From NCBI GenBank assembly GCA_035221665.1, contig CM069160.1, positions 1,302,001-1,366,000 on the forward strand: a stretch of 64,000 nt of DNA, in the 5' to 3' direction. Under the pieces are notes generated by a model. The model did not search any database and was not told the origin of the DNA. It saw nothing but the letters and a program-made list of their open reading frames with translations. The DNA comes from Okamejei kenojei. Its lineage: Eukaryota. A program made the position numbers and the translations under genes. The stretch's first letter is position 1. The number at the start of each line of letters is the position of its first letter. Of this stretch, positions 11,961 to 23,160 are shown one piece after another.

Positions 11961-12599
11961 GAACCCCCACTCGCATTCCCCTCCTGGGTGTCGCTGACCT
12001 CCTTGCCAGTGACTAGGGAGTGAACCCGACGGTGGCCGGCTAACCGCAATACCGCAGTGCAGACCGGGATTTACCCACGGTCCATAACCGGTTTCCCGCG
12101 GCCCGTCCAACTTCGCCCCGAATTCAGCAGGCAATCCTGCAAAACAAAAAACATCCCTAGAAATAAGTTAAAACTTACCTTCCAGGTTCAAAAATATACC
12201 GCTGGCAGGAACTGCGCGCCCACCAGTCAGTCTTTGCGCAACGCGTCAGACATAATGATGCGCATGCGTGGGGATGGCCTTCTTCACGTAGTGACTCACG
12301 TGACTCCGAAGTAAAATCACAGCTGTACGTGGCAGCACTTTTTCTAAAATCAATATACAGAACAACAGGAAGTGCTCAAGATCAGACTTTTAGTAATATA
12401 GATAAAAGTATTATAACTAATGTAAAACACTATTAACATTTATGACAGAAATTAAAATTTGTGGTGATCTGTTGTGGAACTACCCTATTAAAGAAGATAA
12501 CAGTGGTTACCCAGACCTTGTTGCTGGTTGTGAAGGGGTCCTATAATAGCTCAAGCTTCAGGGCCCCAAAAATGTAGGTCCGCCACTGGGCCCACAGTA

Positions 12600-12830
12600 A
12601 CTCACACCCTCCCCGCAGCCTGCGGACTGGGCTGGTGCTGGTGAAGATGGACTGGATGCCCTGAAATGAGGAGCCGGTGATAGACTGGGCTGTTCACCAC
12701 TCTCTGCAGGGCCAGGCGGTCGAGCAGTTGCCATACCAGGCTGACATGCAACCTATCAGAATACTTTCCCCACCACAACCGTAGAAGTTTCACACAATCC
12801 TTGTTGACATGCTGATGAATCTTCTCAGAA
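12600..12830 (-). mobile_element. Rex1/L2-like LINE 3' fragment
   Basis: - strand SILIGCMSAWYGNCSTAWPLQRVV-type C-terminal region typical of fish Rex/Babar LINEs. Confidence 0.6.
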
Positions 12831-12864
12831 TGGGTACGTAAATTTACTGATAAACCTCCTGTAA

Positions 12865-13845
12865 GGACTCCATCCCCTACTCCCAATTCCTCCGTCTGCA
12901 CCCAGGATGAGGTGTTCCACAGCGGGGCATCGGAGATGTCCTCATTCTTTAGAGAACAGGGGTTCCCCTCTTATACTATAGATGAGGCTCTCACCAGTGT
13001 CTCTTCTCTACCCCGTAACTCTGCTGTCACTCCCCCCCCCCCCCCCCCACTCGTAACAAGGGCAGAGTCCCCCTTGTCCTCACCTTCCACCCTACCAGCC
13101 GTCACATACAACAGATAATCCTCCGACATTTCCGCCACCTCCAACGGGATTCCACCACTGGCATCTCCCATCTCCTTCCCTTTCGGCTTTCCGCAGAGAC
13201 TGCTCCCCTCCATAACTCCCTGGTCATTTTGTCCCTTCCCACCCAAACCACCCCCTCTCCTGGTACTTTCCCTCGCAACCGCAGGAAATGCTACACTTAT
13301 AACCATATAACAATTACAGCACGGAAACAGGCCCTCTCGGCCCTTCCAGTCCGTGCCGACCATTTGTTTTCCCCTAGTCCCATCTACCTGCACTCAGACC
13401 ATACCCCTCCATTCCCCTCCCATCCATATACCTATCCACTTTACTTTTAAATGTTAAAAGCGATCCTGTCTCCACCACTTCTGCTGGAAGCTCATTCCAC
13501 ACAGCCACCACCCTCTGAGTAAAGAAGTTCCCCCTCATGTTACCCCTAAACTTCTGTCCCTTAATTCTCATGTCATGCCCTCTTGTCACTTGTCACTTTA
13601 CCTCCCCCCTTGATACCATCCAAGGACCTAAGCAGTCTTTCCATGTGCGACAGAGGTTCACCTGCATCTCCTCCAACCTCATCTATTCCATCCACTGCTC
13701 TAGGTGTCAGCTGCTCTACATCGGTGAGACTAAGTGTAGGCTTGGTGATCGCTTCGCCCAACACCTCCGCTCGATTCGCAATAACCAACCTGATCTACCG
13801 GTGGCTCAGCACCTCAACTCCCCCCTCCCATTCTGAATACGACCT
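12865..13845 (+). mobile_element. Penelope-like element fragment (GIY-YIG endonuclease), interrupted by CR1
   Basis: IPYSQFLRL..., then QGPKQSFHVRQRFTCISSNLIYSIHCSRCQLLYIGETKCRLGDRFAQH...PVAQHLNS. Confidence 0.85.
13300..13585 (-). mobile_element. CR1 LINE 3' end
   Basis: TRGHDMRIKGQKFRGNMRGNFFTQRVVAVWNELP plus 3'UTR; a noisy relative lies at ~63230-63600. Confidence 0.85.
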
Positions 13846-14703
13846 TTTGTAAGGCACGATCTCCCACGTACAACACCATGCTGTCTATCCTTAATTAGGC
13901 ACCGTCCATCTACATCTTATCCCTCAGAATCCCCTCCAGTAACTTGCCTACCACAGACGTTAGCCTCACTGATCTATAGTTCCCAGGCTTTTCCTTCTTA
14001 AATTGAGGCACAACATTAGCCACTTTCCAGTCTTCTGGAACTTCACCCATATATCTCAGCCAGGGCTCCTGTAATTTATTCTCCAGCTTCCCACAGTGTC
14101 CTTGTATGTATCCAGTCAGACCTGGGAGATTTATCTATCTTCATACGCCTTTGGATGTGTAGCACCTATTGCCATAGTTTGCAAGAATGGTTGAGGACGT
14201 GATCAGAAAGTAGTCTCAGTACCTTATTTCTCAGATCATCCAATTTTTGACTGAACCAGCCAGAGGGCTTGCCTGTTCACAGACTCGGTGGTGAGGTCCA
14301 TGAAGGCCCTGCATCTGAGCCTTGAATTTGTCTTGTTGCTGTTGGGCCCTGAAAATCAGGTCTGTTGTGCCTCTGGCTGGGCATAAGCTGCAGTGGAATT
14401 GGGGCAGGATTTCTTCAGGCAGTGGGAAGAGTTGGTTGGAGAGAACTACAGCCGATTATCTTTCCAATACTGACAGAAGTTAGATGCCCCTATGGCTTCC
14501 ACAGTCTGTCCTGTCCCCCTTTTTATGTATGATGACAATCCGGGAATCTAGGAAATCATTGGGTAGAATTTCATTCTGCCAGATGTTTACCATCAGTGCC
14601 CATATTCTTCTTGTTCCTCTTCTTCAGGATGGCATCTGCTGACTTCCTGTAAGCTCGGAGGCTCTTCCATATTCTCCCTTATGGGGCTCTGGGCGATGCA
14701 TGA

Positions 14704-15110
14704 TACTATACGATAGAACTTTATTTATCTCAGGAGGGAAATTGATCTGCCAACAGTCATTAAACACAAAATACATGAAATATGAAATTAATGTGATGAG
14801 TGGAAAGGATTGGGGATGTGCAAAGATTGGGGAGGGGGGGGAAGTCAGTCTCCCCCATGATAGGAGTTGTACAGTTTGATAGCCACAGTCAAGACAGATC
14901 TCCTGTGGTCTTGGAGGGGAGGATGCTCCACAGTTTGAGGAGCATCCTCCCCTCCAAGACCACCTCCCATGAATCCAACTCCGCCCCCAGGACGGAGCCA
15001 GCCTTCCTGATGAGTTTGTTAATCCTATTGGCGTCCGTGCCCTGCTGCCCCAGCACACGACAGCGAAGAAGTTGGCACTCGCTACCACCGATTGGTAGAA
15101 CATTTGCATG
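14704..15110 (-). mobile_element. Rex1/Babar-like LINE 3' end
   Basis: MFYQSVVASANFFAVVCWG..ANRINKLIRKAGSVLG, then AATAAA and a tatcgtatag tail. Confidence 0.75.
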
Positions 15111-15420
15111 TCCTCGGGGAGCCATGTCTCCGTGAAAACACATCACACTACTCTCACTGTTTTCCCTCTGTGTCCTCACTAGTGCAGCTAGCTCATCAAT
15201 CTTGTTAGCCAGCGATCAATGGATTGTGCTGGAAGGCAAGTATGGCTTGTACCTCCTTTTCTCCGCACATCGTTTTACTCCCGACCGACATCCCCTGTAT
15301 TTCCTCCTCCGTTCCTTGGGGATTTCTGATGTAACCCTGGTGAAGCCCGCTGGTCGGAGAGGTTGAAGCTCCAGCAGTTGATCTCTGGTGTAGACAACAA
15401 AGAGACCAGATCCTTGATGT

Positions 15421-15715
15421 TACATAGAAACATAGAAATTAGGTGCAGGAGCAGGCCATTCGGCCCTTCAAACCTGCACCGCCATTCAATATGATCATGG
15501 CTGATCATCCAACTCAATATCCTGTACCTGCCTTCTCTCCATACCCTCCTGATCCCTTCAGCCACAAGGGCCACATCCAACTCCCTCTTAAATATGGCCA
15601 ACGAACTGGCCTCAACTACCTTCTGTGGCAGAGAATTCCACAGATTCACCACTCTCTCTGTGAAAAACGATTTTCTCATCTCAGTCCTAAAAGACTTCCC
15701 CTTATCCTTAAAACT
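15421..15715 (-). mobile_element. CR1 LINE 3' end
   Basis: FFTERVVNLWNSLPQKVVEASSLAIFKRELD and (tttctatg)n tail. Confidence 0.85.
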
Positions 15716-16187
15716 TCCCCCTTATCCTTAAAACCTCCCCCTTATCCCCCTAATCCAGTGATTGTTCAGAGATACGCTGAAATAGTATTCCCCGAGGAGA
15801 TAAAAAGTTTCCCCACCACAACATGGTGGAAACAAAACGAACTAACCAAAAGACACAAAATAAATAGGAATTAAGTAAGTAAAAATAAAGGAAAAGATGA
15901 TCGACTGTTGCGTGGCTGCCGTGTGCACAGCGCCGGAAACCGGAAGCAAAAATGGTGGATAACCTCCATGTCAACAGTTATTTCCCAGTTAATCAGCTCT
16001 TCAAAGTGTTCTCACCATTCATAAATGATTGCTCATCCCCCTTCAGAAGAAGTTTGTCCATCTTTTGAGCACAGGCTGTTGTGCCCATGCTGGATGGGGC
16101 CATAGCTGGCCTTGGTGACATTGAAGAGAGCCTGGTGTCACTGAGTCAACATCACAGCTCCACCAGCTTGGCAAACTGGTGTCACAG

Positions 16188-16531
16188 ATTCTTTCTGCTA
16201 TCAATACCCTGAATGTGGTCCTGAAAGTTGGCCTCACAAATATCCGACTTGTAATGGAACCAGACAGTCACCAATCGATATTAAGACCAACACCACAATA
16301 ACAATGGATCAACTTGGTCCCTTCTCCTTCCAAGGCTACAACGAATCCAATCTGCTGAACATCAAGCACACAAAGAAGACCATTAGGGTGACCCTAGCCT
16401 CGGGAATGAAGGTGATGGGCGGAGGTCTCCCGTGGACTTATCTCCCCGTGCAGTTTCATCTTCACTGGGGGAAGACTGTGGCTTCGGGAGGATCAGAACA
16501 CAGACTGGATGGACAACAGTATGGAATGGAG
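16188..16531 (+). pseudogene. Alpha-carbonic anhydrase (CA4/CA15-like) N-terminal fragment, apparently partly processed
   Basis: Open frame DSFCYQYPECGPESWPHKYPTCNGTRQSPIDIKT...LGPFSFQGY...HTKKTIRVTLASGMKVMGGGLPWTYLPVQFHLHWGKTVASGGSEHRLDGQQYGME, then donor GAG|GTGAGG. Contains QSPIDI, QFHLHWG and GSEH motifs; the rest of the enzyme is not in the window. Confidence 0.9.
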
Positions 16532-16603
16532 GTGAGGGGGGAGACAGAGTGGGGGGAGATAGAGAGGGGGAAGAGACAGCGGGGAGAAAGGGGGAGAGAG
16601 AGG

Positions 16604-16868
16604 GTGAGAAAATCGATTTTCACACAGAGAGTGGGGAATCTGTGGAATTCTCTGCCACAGAAGGTAGTTTGAGGCCAGTTCGTTGGCCATATTTAAGAGG
16701 GAGTTGGATGTGGCCCTTGTGGCTGAAGGGATCAGAGGGTATGGAGAGAAGGCAGGTACAGTATATTGAGTTGGATGATCAGCCATGATCATGTTGAATG
16801 GCGGTGCAGGCTCGAAGGTCCGAATGGCCTGCTCCTGCACCTAATTTCTATGTTTCTATGTTTCTATG
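16604..16868 (+). mobile_element. CR1 LINE 3' end attached to the CA fragment
   Basis: FTQRVGNLWNSLPQKVV..., 3'UTR hairpin region and (tttctatg)3 tail ending at 16868. Confidence 0.88.
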
Positions 16869-17827
16869 CTGGATCTCTCGAGATTGTATTGGTGCACCAT
16901 TTGCTTTTCAGTTCCCTCATTCAGCACTGGACATTAGCCTTGGCTCTGGAATGCAGTTCCCTTTTGCCCTGGCATTTGATGCGATTCTGCCAGGAACAAA
17001 ACGTTTTCCCTTTCAATTTCAGTGTCATTGTCGTCACGCCAGTGCTGATGTTTTTGGTTTTGGTGCCAATGATGTTGCTGTTGGCATCAAGAATGGTTGT
17101 CTTTACCATATCCTGATGCTTCTCAATATCATTGGGATATTCTATAGGTAGATTCTGATTGAGGGCAGCTTGGAAAAGTTGCTGTATCTTAATATCTTCC
17201 TGGCTCTCAATATTAAATATAGGGCCAGCTCAGTTTCTTCTGCAGCTTTTTGTACAGTTCTAGTCACCACACACTATGAAGGATGTGATTACACTCCAGG
17301 GAGTGCAAAGGAGATTCACGGGATTTATGTTGCCTGGGTTTATGGAGATAGTGAGTTACAGTGGGAGTCATGGTGATTGGTGATTGGGGAGTTTATAATG
17401 GTGAGCATCATTGTGATGGGGATGATGTGATGGTGGGTTTACATTGATGTGACAGATTATGGTTTTGAGAGGGATTACCGTGATTGAGGGTTATTGTATT
17501 GGTTGATGTGGGTTGACGATATCACGACCAAAGTTCCTGCCCCAGCCCACACCTCCAGCTCCAGGTGACACGTCCACTAACCCCGGGGTTTACTGATGGA
17601 ACTCACTGCCGGTGAAGACCACAGGACAGGTGCTGGGACACAAATAAACCAACCATTTATCAGCTTCCACTGTTGGTTGTAAATCTGTGATTGCATTTCT
17701 GCTCTGCCTGTTAGTTGTGAACTAGTCCTGGTCTCTGCTGCCTACATTCCCCACCCACACTCATTGCATTCTGGTTTTCAGTGTCCTGTCACCTTGGTTA
17801 ACCTGTTCTCACCCTGTCTGCCCACAG

Positions 17828-18109
17828 TGCCTCCTCAGGCTGCCATGTACCCCGAGGATCCCGTGGAGTGGGGTCAGCCCAACACCTTGATCTGTCTGGC
17901 TGATGGATTCGCACCCCCACGCATCAACATGAAGTGGAAACGGAACGATGAGCCTGTGACCGAGGGAATCTACACCACGGAGTATTACATGAAGAGAGAT
18001 TACACCTTCCAGAGGTTCACCTATCTGAGCTTCATCCCGAGCCCGGGAGACATGTATTCCTGCCACGTGGAGCACGAGGGTCTGGAGAGGCCGACCACTG
18101 TCTTCTGGG
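17828..18109 (+). CDS. MHC-IIA: MHC class II alpha chain exon 3 (alpha2, Ig C1 domain)
   Basis: 282-nt phase1/phase1 exon, cccacAG|..|GTCAGT. (V)PPQAAMYPEDPVEWGQPNTLICLADGFAPPRINMKWKRN...YTFQRFTYLSFIPSPGDMYSCHVEHEGLERPTTVFW, with both C1 cysteines and the YxCxVxH motif; intact. Confidence 0.97.
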
Positions 18110-18849
18110 GTCAGTATGAGCCAGGTTAACGGGGCCGATTTCTACGCGTGATTGGGACTGGTTGGTGGCAGGTCCTGCATTCACCTGGTCCAGTAGCAAG
18201 GCCTCAGCTTTCTGTTCCAGCTACAAGCAGGTGGAGTGCTGGGTACCACTGTGTACCAGTGAGTGTGTCCTGCTCACGGAGTGAGTGTGGCTGGTGCTGT
18301 CTAACCAGGGTGGGTGATTGTAAAACCTGTCTAGACGCTGACAAAGGGCACCTAGAGCTGTCATTGTCCATCTTCTCCATACAGTGATGAGGAGGGCACT
18401 GTGTCCCTGGCATGATTGGATTCCCAGTCGGTAATGAAACGGGCTTGGTTGTCAGAAACCACAGACGAGGACCAGACTCACATTCCTGGCCACATCCTGG
18501 GGCAATGTTCAGGACCTATTCTGACTGCACATTGTGGATGTTCTGATTAGATTGTTCCCTGGGCAGTTGTCCATCTTGAGTCTCCAGACCATTTCAATCC
18601 TGGGATTTTAGTGTATTCTGACAGAGTGCCCATAATAATGAATCTTTCCTGCTGGGAGATTTACTCTGAGCTGCTGCAAATTGGGATACTGCATCCAACA
18701 CAGCAAAGTCTTCACGGGTAATGCACAATCATTGATTGAGCCAAACCAATGAGTTTACATCATTCATACTCTTTCTCCTTACAATTAATGGGGGATCGCA
18801 CTCTCCAATTAGTCTGTTAACTAATCTCACCCTGGATTCTATCCCTCAC

Positions 18850-19042
18850 CCACACTTTGGGTAATTTACAGCAGCCGCTAAACCTGCCAACCCACATGTT
18901 TTTGAGATGTTCAGGGAAACAGCAGCACCCAGTGAAAACCCGCACAGTCACAGGGAGAAAGTGCAAAGTCCACACATACAAGGTTACGATTGAACCCAGG
19001 TTCTTGGAGTTGTGAGGCTGTGGCCTTACCCACTGCACCACT
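18850..19042 (-). mobile_element. tRNA-derived SINE (HE1/V-SINE-like)
   Basis: Reverse complement of the ...gggttcaatc...gcactttctccctgtgactgtgcgggtttt... core. Confidence 0.65.
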
Positions 19043-20029
19043 TTGTCACCCAAAGTTAATCCCCTTGGTTTATCAGTGGATAAAATTGCTTCTATTGGCT
19101 TTTGACAGCCTTTCATTGTACAACACAGAGAATGGGCACCTAAAGACAAAATGGGAATTAAGGACTAAACAGAAATTAACAGAGAGAAATTCTGTCTTCT
19201 GATCACTTCTTTTGCTGCCCATTCTGTCAGATGCAGAGAGATCCATTTTCTATGTTTCTCTGCTGTACAATGAACATTTTGCTTGCTCCAGACTCATAAG
19301 ATATGGGTTCTTTCACATGGGTATAAAAAAATTAATAAACTGGAGGGCATAGACATATATGACAAACAAATCAAATTATATATAAAAATAAATTATACAT
19401 AAATTACACTCAAAATTAAGCAAGCTGCGCAAAAAAAGGGTTAGTGCAAAACGCAATTACAGTTTGTCTCGCTGTCGCTCTTTGTCTTTCTCAGCCATTC
19501 CCCACCTCCTTCTATCACTCCCGCCTCACTCGTACTTGTCCTTTTTTTCTTTTCTCTCTGCTCCCCAGCTCCATCTCTCGCCTCTTTTCTCTCATCCTCT
19601 CTCGGTCTGTCTCTCGCATCCTTTCGCTAATTCTTTCTCGCTCTGCCTCTCGCCTTCTTTCACTCATCTTCTCTCGCTCCTTCTCTCAACCCCTTTCCCT
19701 CTCTGCACCATTTATTGTTGTCCTCATAACACCACACCTGTAGAGTCAACAAAGATCCTCTCTTTCCCCGTCTTTAAATGCATTGGCTACGTTTGGACTA
19801 AGTAACGCACAGAAACCTGGTTAATAGATTCAAACATAATGGGATTAGAAACAACATGAATAAACCATTACATCAAAGGGAGAAAACAGAGGGATCTGGT
19901 GAGTGGAAAAGAAAAATACAGGCGACCTGGAAATCTGAAATACTGGATTCAGTCAACAGGAGATAGAGGAACAGATACAAGGGTGTTTACCAGAGTAATA
20001 TGTTAAATGGTGTTATGATGCTAGATTTC

Positions 20030-23000
20030 ATACTTGGAAAATTATGGGACACCATTTTTGAGTTTTTTGCAGGAGAGATTTTGACATGGTATATCGTAGA
20101 CCAATGAGGGAGGGAGCATTAGGGGACTGTAACTGGTCAATTTTGGAGATAGGGTCATAATTTTCTAATAATTTAAAAGTGATTCTGGAAAAATACAAGA
20201 AAGGAGCAGGAATAAAGGACTTAATTTTTGGGGACATCTGCATCTGCACAGTGGGAAGCATTCATAGGAGAAATAGTAAAGTTCAGGACCAATATGTTCC
20301 TGTGAGGGTAAAAGCCAGGGGATATTGAGTGCTGGATAAACAAAAAAAAAGGAAGCATATGACACGGAAAGGGAACTAATAACACGGTGCCTGTCAAGAG
20401 TATAAAGAGTGTCAGGAACAGCTTGAAGCAGAAATTGGACAGGAAAAGGTCATGAGAAAACACTGGCTGACAGGATTGTTAAGTTGGAAAGTCTATTGTA
20501 AGTGGGAAGGAGAGATGGGTGAATTAATAGAAAATTGGTTTAATAGAAAAAAGCTGAGGGTGATGGTGGAAGGTTGTTTTTCGGATTGGAGGCCTGTGAC
20601 TAGTGGTGTTGCCTCAGAGTTCAGTGGTGGGGCCTTTGCTGTTTGTCATGTATATCAATCATTTGGATGAGAATGTACATGGTATGATTAGCAAGTTTGC
20701 ATATAGAAAATTGGTTGGCAGACAGGAAACGGAGTAGAGATTAACAGGTCCCTTTCAAAATGGCAGGCAGTGACTAGCGGGGTACCACCAGGCTCAGTGC
20801 TGGGACCGCAGCTATTTACAATATACATTAATGATCTAGATGAAGGGATAAAAAGTAACATTAGCAAATTTGCAGCTGAGTGGCAGTGTGAACTGTGAAG
20901 AGGATGCTATGAGGATGCAGGGTGACTTGGACAGGTTGGGTGAGTGGGCAGATGCAGTTTAATGTAGATAAATGTGAGGTTATCCACTTTGGTAGAAAAA
21001 AACTGGAAGGCAGATTATTATCTAAATGGTGTCAAGTTGGGTAAAGGGGAAGTACAATGGGATCTGGGGTGTCCTTGTTCATCAGTCACTGAAAGTAAGC
21101 ATGCAGGTACAGCAGGCAGTGAACAAAGCGAATGGCATGTTGGCCTTCATAACAAGAGGAGTTGAGTATAGGAGCAAAGAGGTTCTTCTGCAGTTGTATA
21201 GGGCCCTAGTGAGACCACACCTGGAGTATTGTGTGCAGTTTTGGTCTCAAAACTTGAGGAAGGACATTCTTGCTATTGAGGGAGTGCAGCGAAGATTCAC
21301 CAGGTTAATTCCCGGGATGGCGGGACTGTCATATGTTGATAGAATGGAGCGGCTGGGCTTGTATACTGGAATTTAGAAGGATGAGATGGGTTCTTATAGA
21401 AACATAAGATTATTAAGGGTTTGGACACGCTATAGGCAGGAAACATGTTCCCGATCTTGTGGGAGTCAAGAACCAGGGGCCAGAGTTTAAGAATAAGTGG
21501 TAAGCCATTTAGAATGGAGATGAGGAAAAACTTTCACACACAGTTGTGAGTCTGCGGAATTCTCTGCCTCAGAAGGCGATGGTGGCCGGTTTTCTGGATG
21601 CTTTCACGAGAGAGTTAGATGGAGTTCTTAAAGATAGTGGAGTTAGGGGATAAGGAGAGAAGGCAGGAACGGAGTACTGATTGTGAATGATTGGCCATGA
21701 TCACAATGAATGACGGTGCTGGCTCGAAGGGCCGAATGGCCTCCTCCTGCACCTATTGTCTATGACACTAAAACGGGTGGTAATGTAGATAGTGAAGAGG
21801 AAATGTTGCATTTTAACCAGGGCAGGTTGTCAAAAAATTGCAGCAGGATTTTGATCAGTTTGCCAGGTGAGCTGGGGAATGGTTGATGACATTTAAAAAC
21901 AGATAATTGTAAGTGTTACATTTTAACCAGGGCAGGACCTACACAGTGAATGGTAGGGCTCTGGGGAATGTTATAGGGGGATCTAGGAGTGCAGGTACAT
22001 AGTTCCCTGTAAGTAACATCACTGATAGATAGGATAGTCAATATGGCTTTTGGCACATTGGCCTTTATAAGTCAGAGTATTGATTATGGAAGTTTTAAGG
22101 CCATGTTACAGTTGTACAAGACATTGTTAAAGCCACATTTAGAGTATTGTGTTCTTATAGAGTATTGGGCACCATGTTCTAGGAAAGCTGGAAAAGGTGC
22201 AGAGATGTTATATGAGGATATTGGCAGGACTCGAGGAGCTGACCTATAGAGAGTGGTTGAGCACAGGAGAAAGTGTGGTGATCTAATACAGGTGTGTAAG
22301 ATAATGAGAGGAATATAAGGGTCAGTGCATGGTCTTTTACCCAAAATAGGAGAATCAAGAACCAGAGGGCATAGGGGGAAAATATTTAATAACTTGAGGG
22401 GCAATTGTTTTATACAAGCGGTAGCAGGTATATGGTATGTGCTGCCAGAGGAGGTAGTTGTGGCAGGTACAATCGCAACATTTAGACAGGTTCATGGATA
22501 GGATAGGTTGAGAGATTTAGGGTCATTTAGGAGATTTAGAGGTTTAGAGAGATATGGGCCAAATGCGGGCAGGTGGGACTAGTGTAGATGGGGCATGTTG
22601 GTTGGCGTAGGCAAATTGGGCCGAAGGGCCTGTTTCCACGCTATCTCACTCTCTGGCTTAAAGTTGAATAAATCTCTAAAATAGGATAGGATTTATCCCA
22701 GGCTGCTATGGGAGGCAAGGGAAGTGATTACGGCTCATATTTGTAAATGCCGCTGTCCATGGTGGCTTATGCATAGAATTGTAGTGGTGAAAGGGTGTTA
22801 TTCTGGCTGGAGGTCTGTGACTAGTGGAGTTCCACAGGGATCTTTGGTGAGACCTCTGTTGTTTGTGATTTATGTATAAACCACTTCGATGTCATATAGA
22901 TGGTTTGATTAGTAAGTTTACACTTGACACCAAAATTGACAGAGTTGTGGAAGTGAGGAAGGCTGTCAAAGTATGCAGTGGAATATAGATCAGCTACAGA

Positions 23001-23160
23001 GGTGAGCAGAGAAATGGTGAATGGACATTAATCCGAGCGAGTATAAGGTGTTGCACTTTGGGAGCTCAAATGTAAGGGGAAAGTATATAGTTAATGGCAA
23101 GACCTTAACAGCTTTGATGTACAGAAAGATATTGAGCCCAAGTTCACAGCTTCCTGAAAG
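20030..23160 (+). mobile_element. Cluster of nested CR1 LINE fragments
   Basis: RT segments (WRPVTSGV, VRPHLEYCVQFW, TRG...FFTQ, 3' tails at ~21760 and ~22645). Confidence 0.85.

Larger units (their letters stand above)
7700..12317 (-). mobile_element. DIRS1-type tyrosine-recombinase retrotransposon (full-length structure, decayed ORFs)
   Basis: Inverted terminal repeats (7771-7804 vs ~12258-12290). ICR at ~7924-8033 complementary to both termini. YR motifs SHSTRAAT (~8357-8379) and ILSTAGWS (~8294-8315); RNaseH-like VVAYVSHM (~9455-9480). AAAAT core at both junctions, no TSD. Confidence 0.9.
6593..12402 (-). mobile_element. Non-autonomous Helitron interrupted by a DIRS element
   Basis: - strand 5' end A|TCTATATTACTAAAAG (12402); 3' end perfect hairpin GGGACCC-AAT-GGGTCCC, then ATTTAGT-CTAG|T (6593). 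Inserted at an AT dinucleotide with no TSD. A second, internal 5'-end module ends at ~7278. Confidence 0.82.
14190..17165 (-). mobile_element. Decayed RTE-type LINE split by several later insertions
   Basis: Pieces at ~14190-14640 (LPQFHCSL..RGTTDLIF, RT), ~15160-15420, ~15975-16140 (LFNVTKASYGP) and ~16867-17165 continue one another across the inserts. Confidence 0.65.

Noticed and set aside
16188-16672. Complete nested carbonic anhydrase gene
   Set aside because: No signal-peptide exon or downstream exons (third Zn His, GSLTTP) found in the window; the ORF extension runs into CR1.
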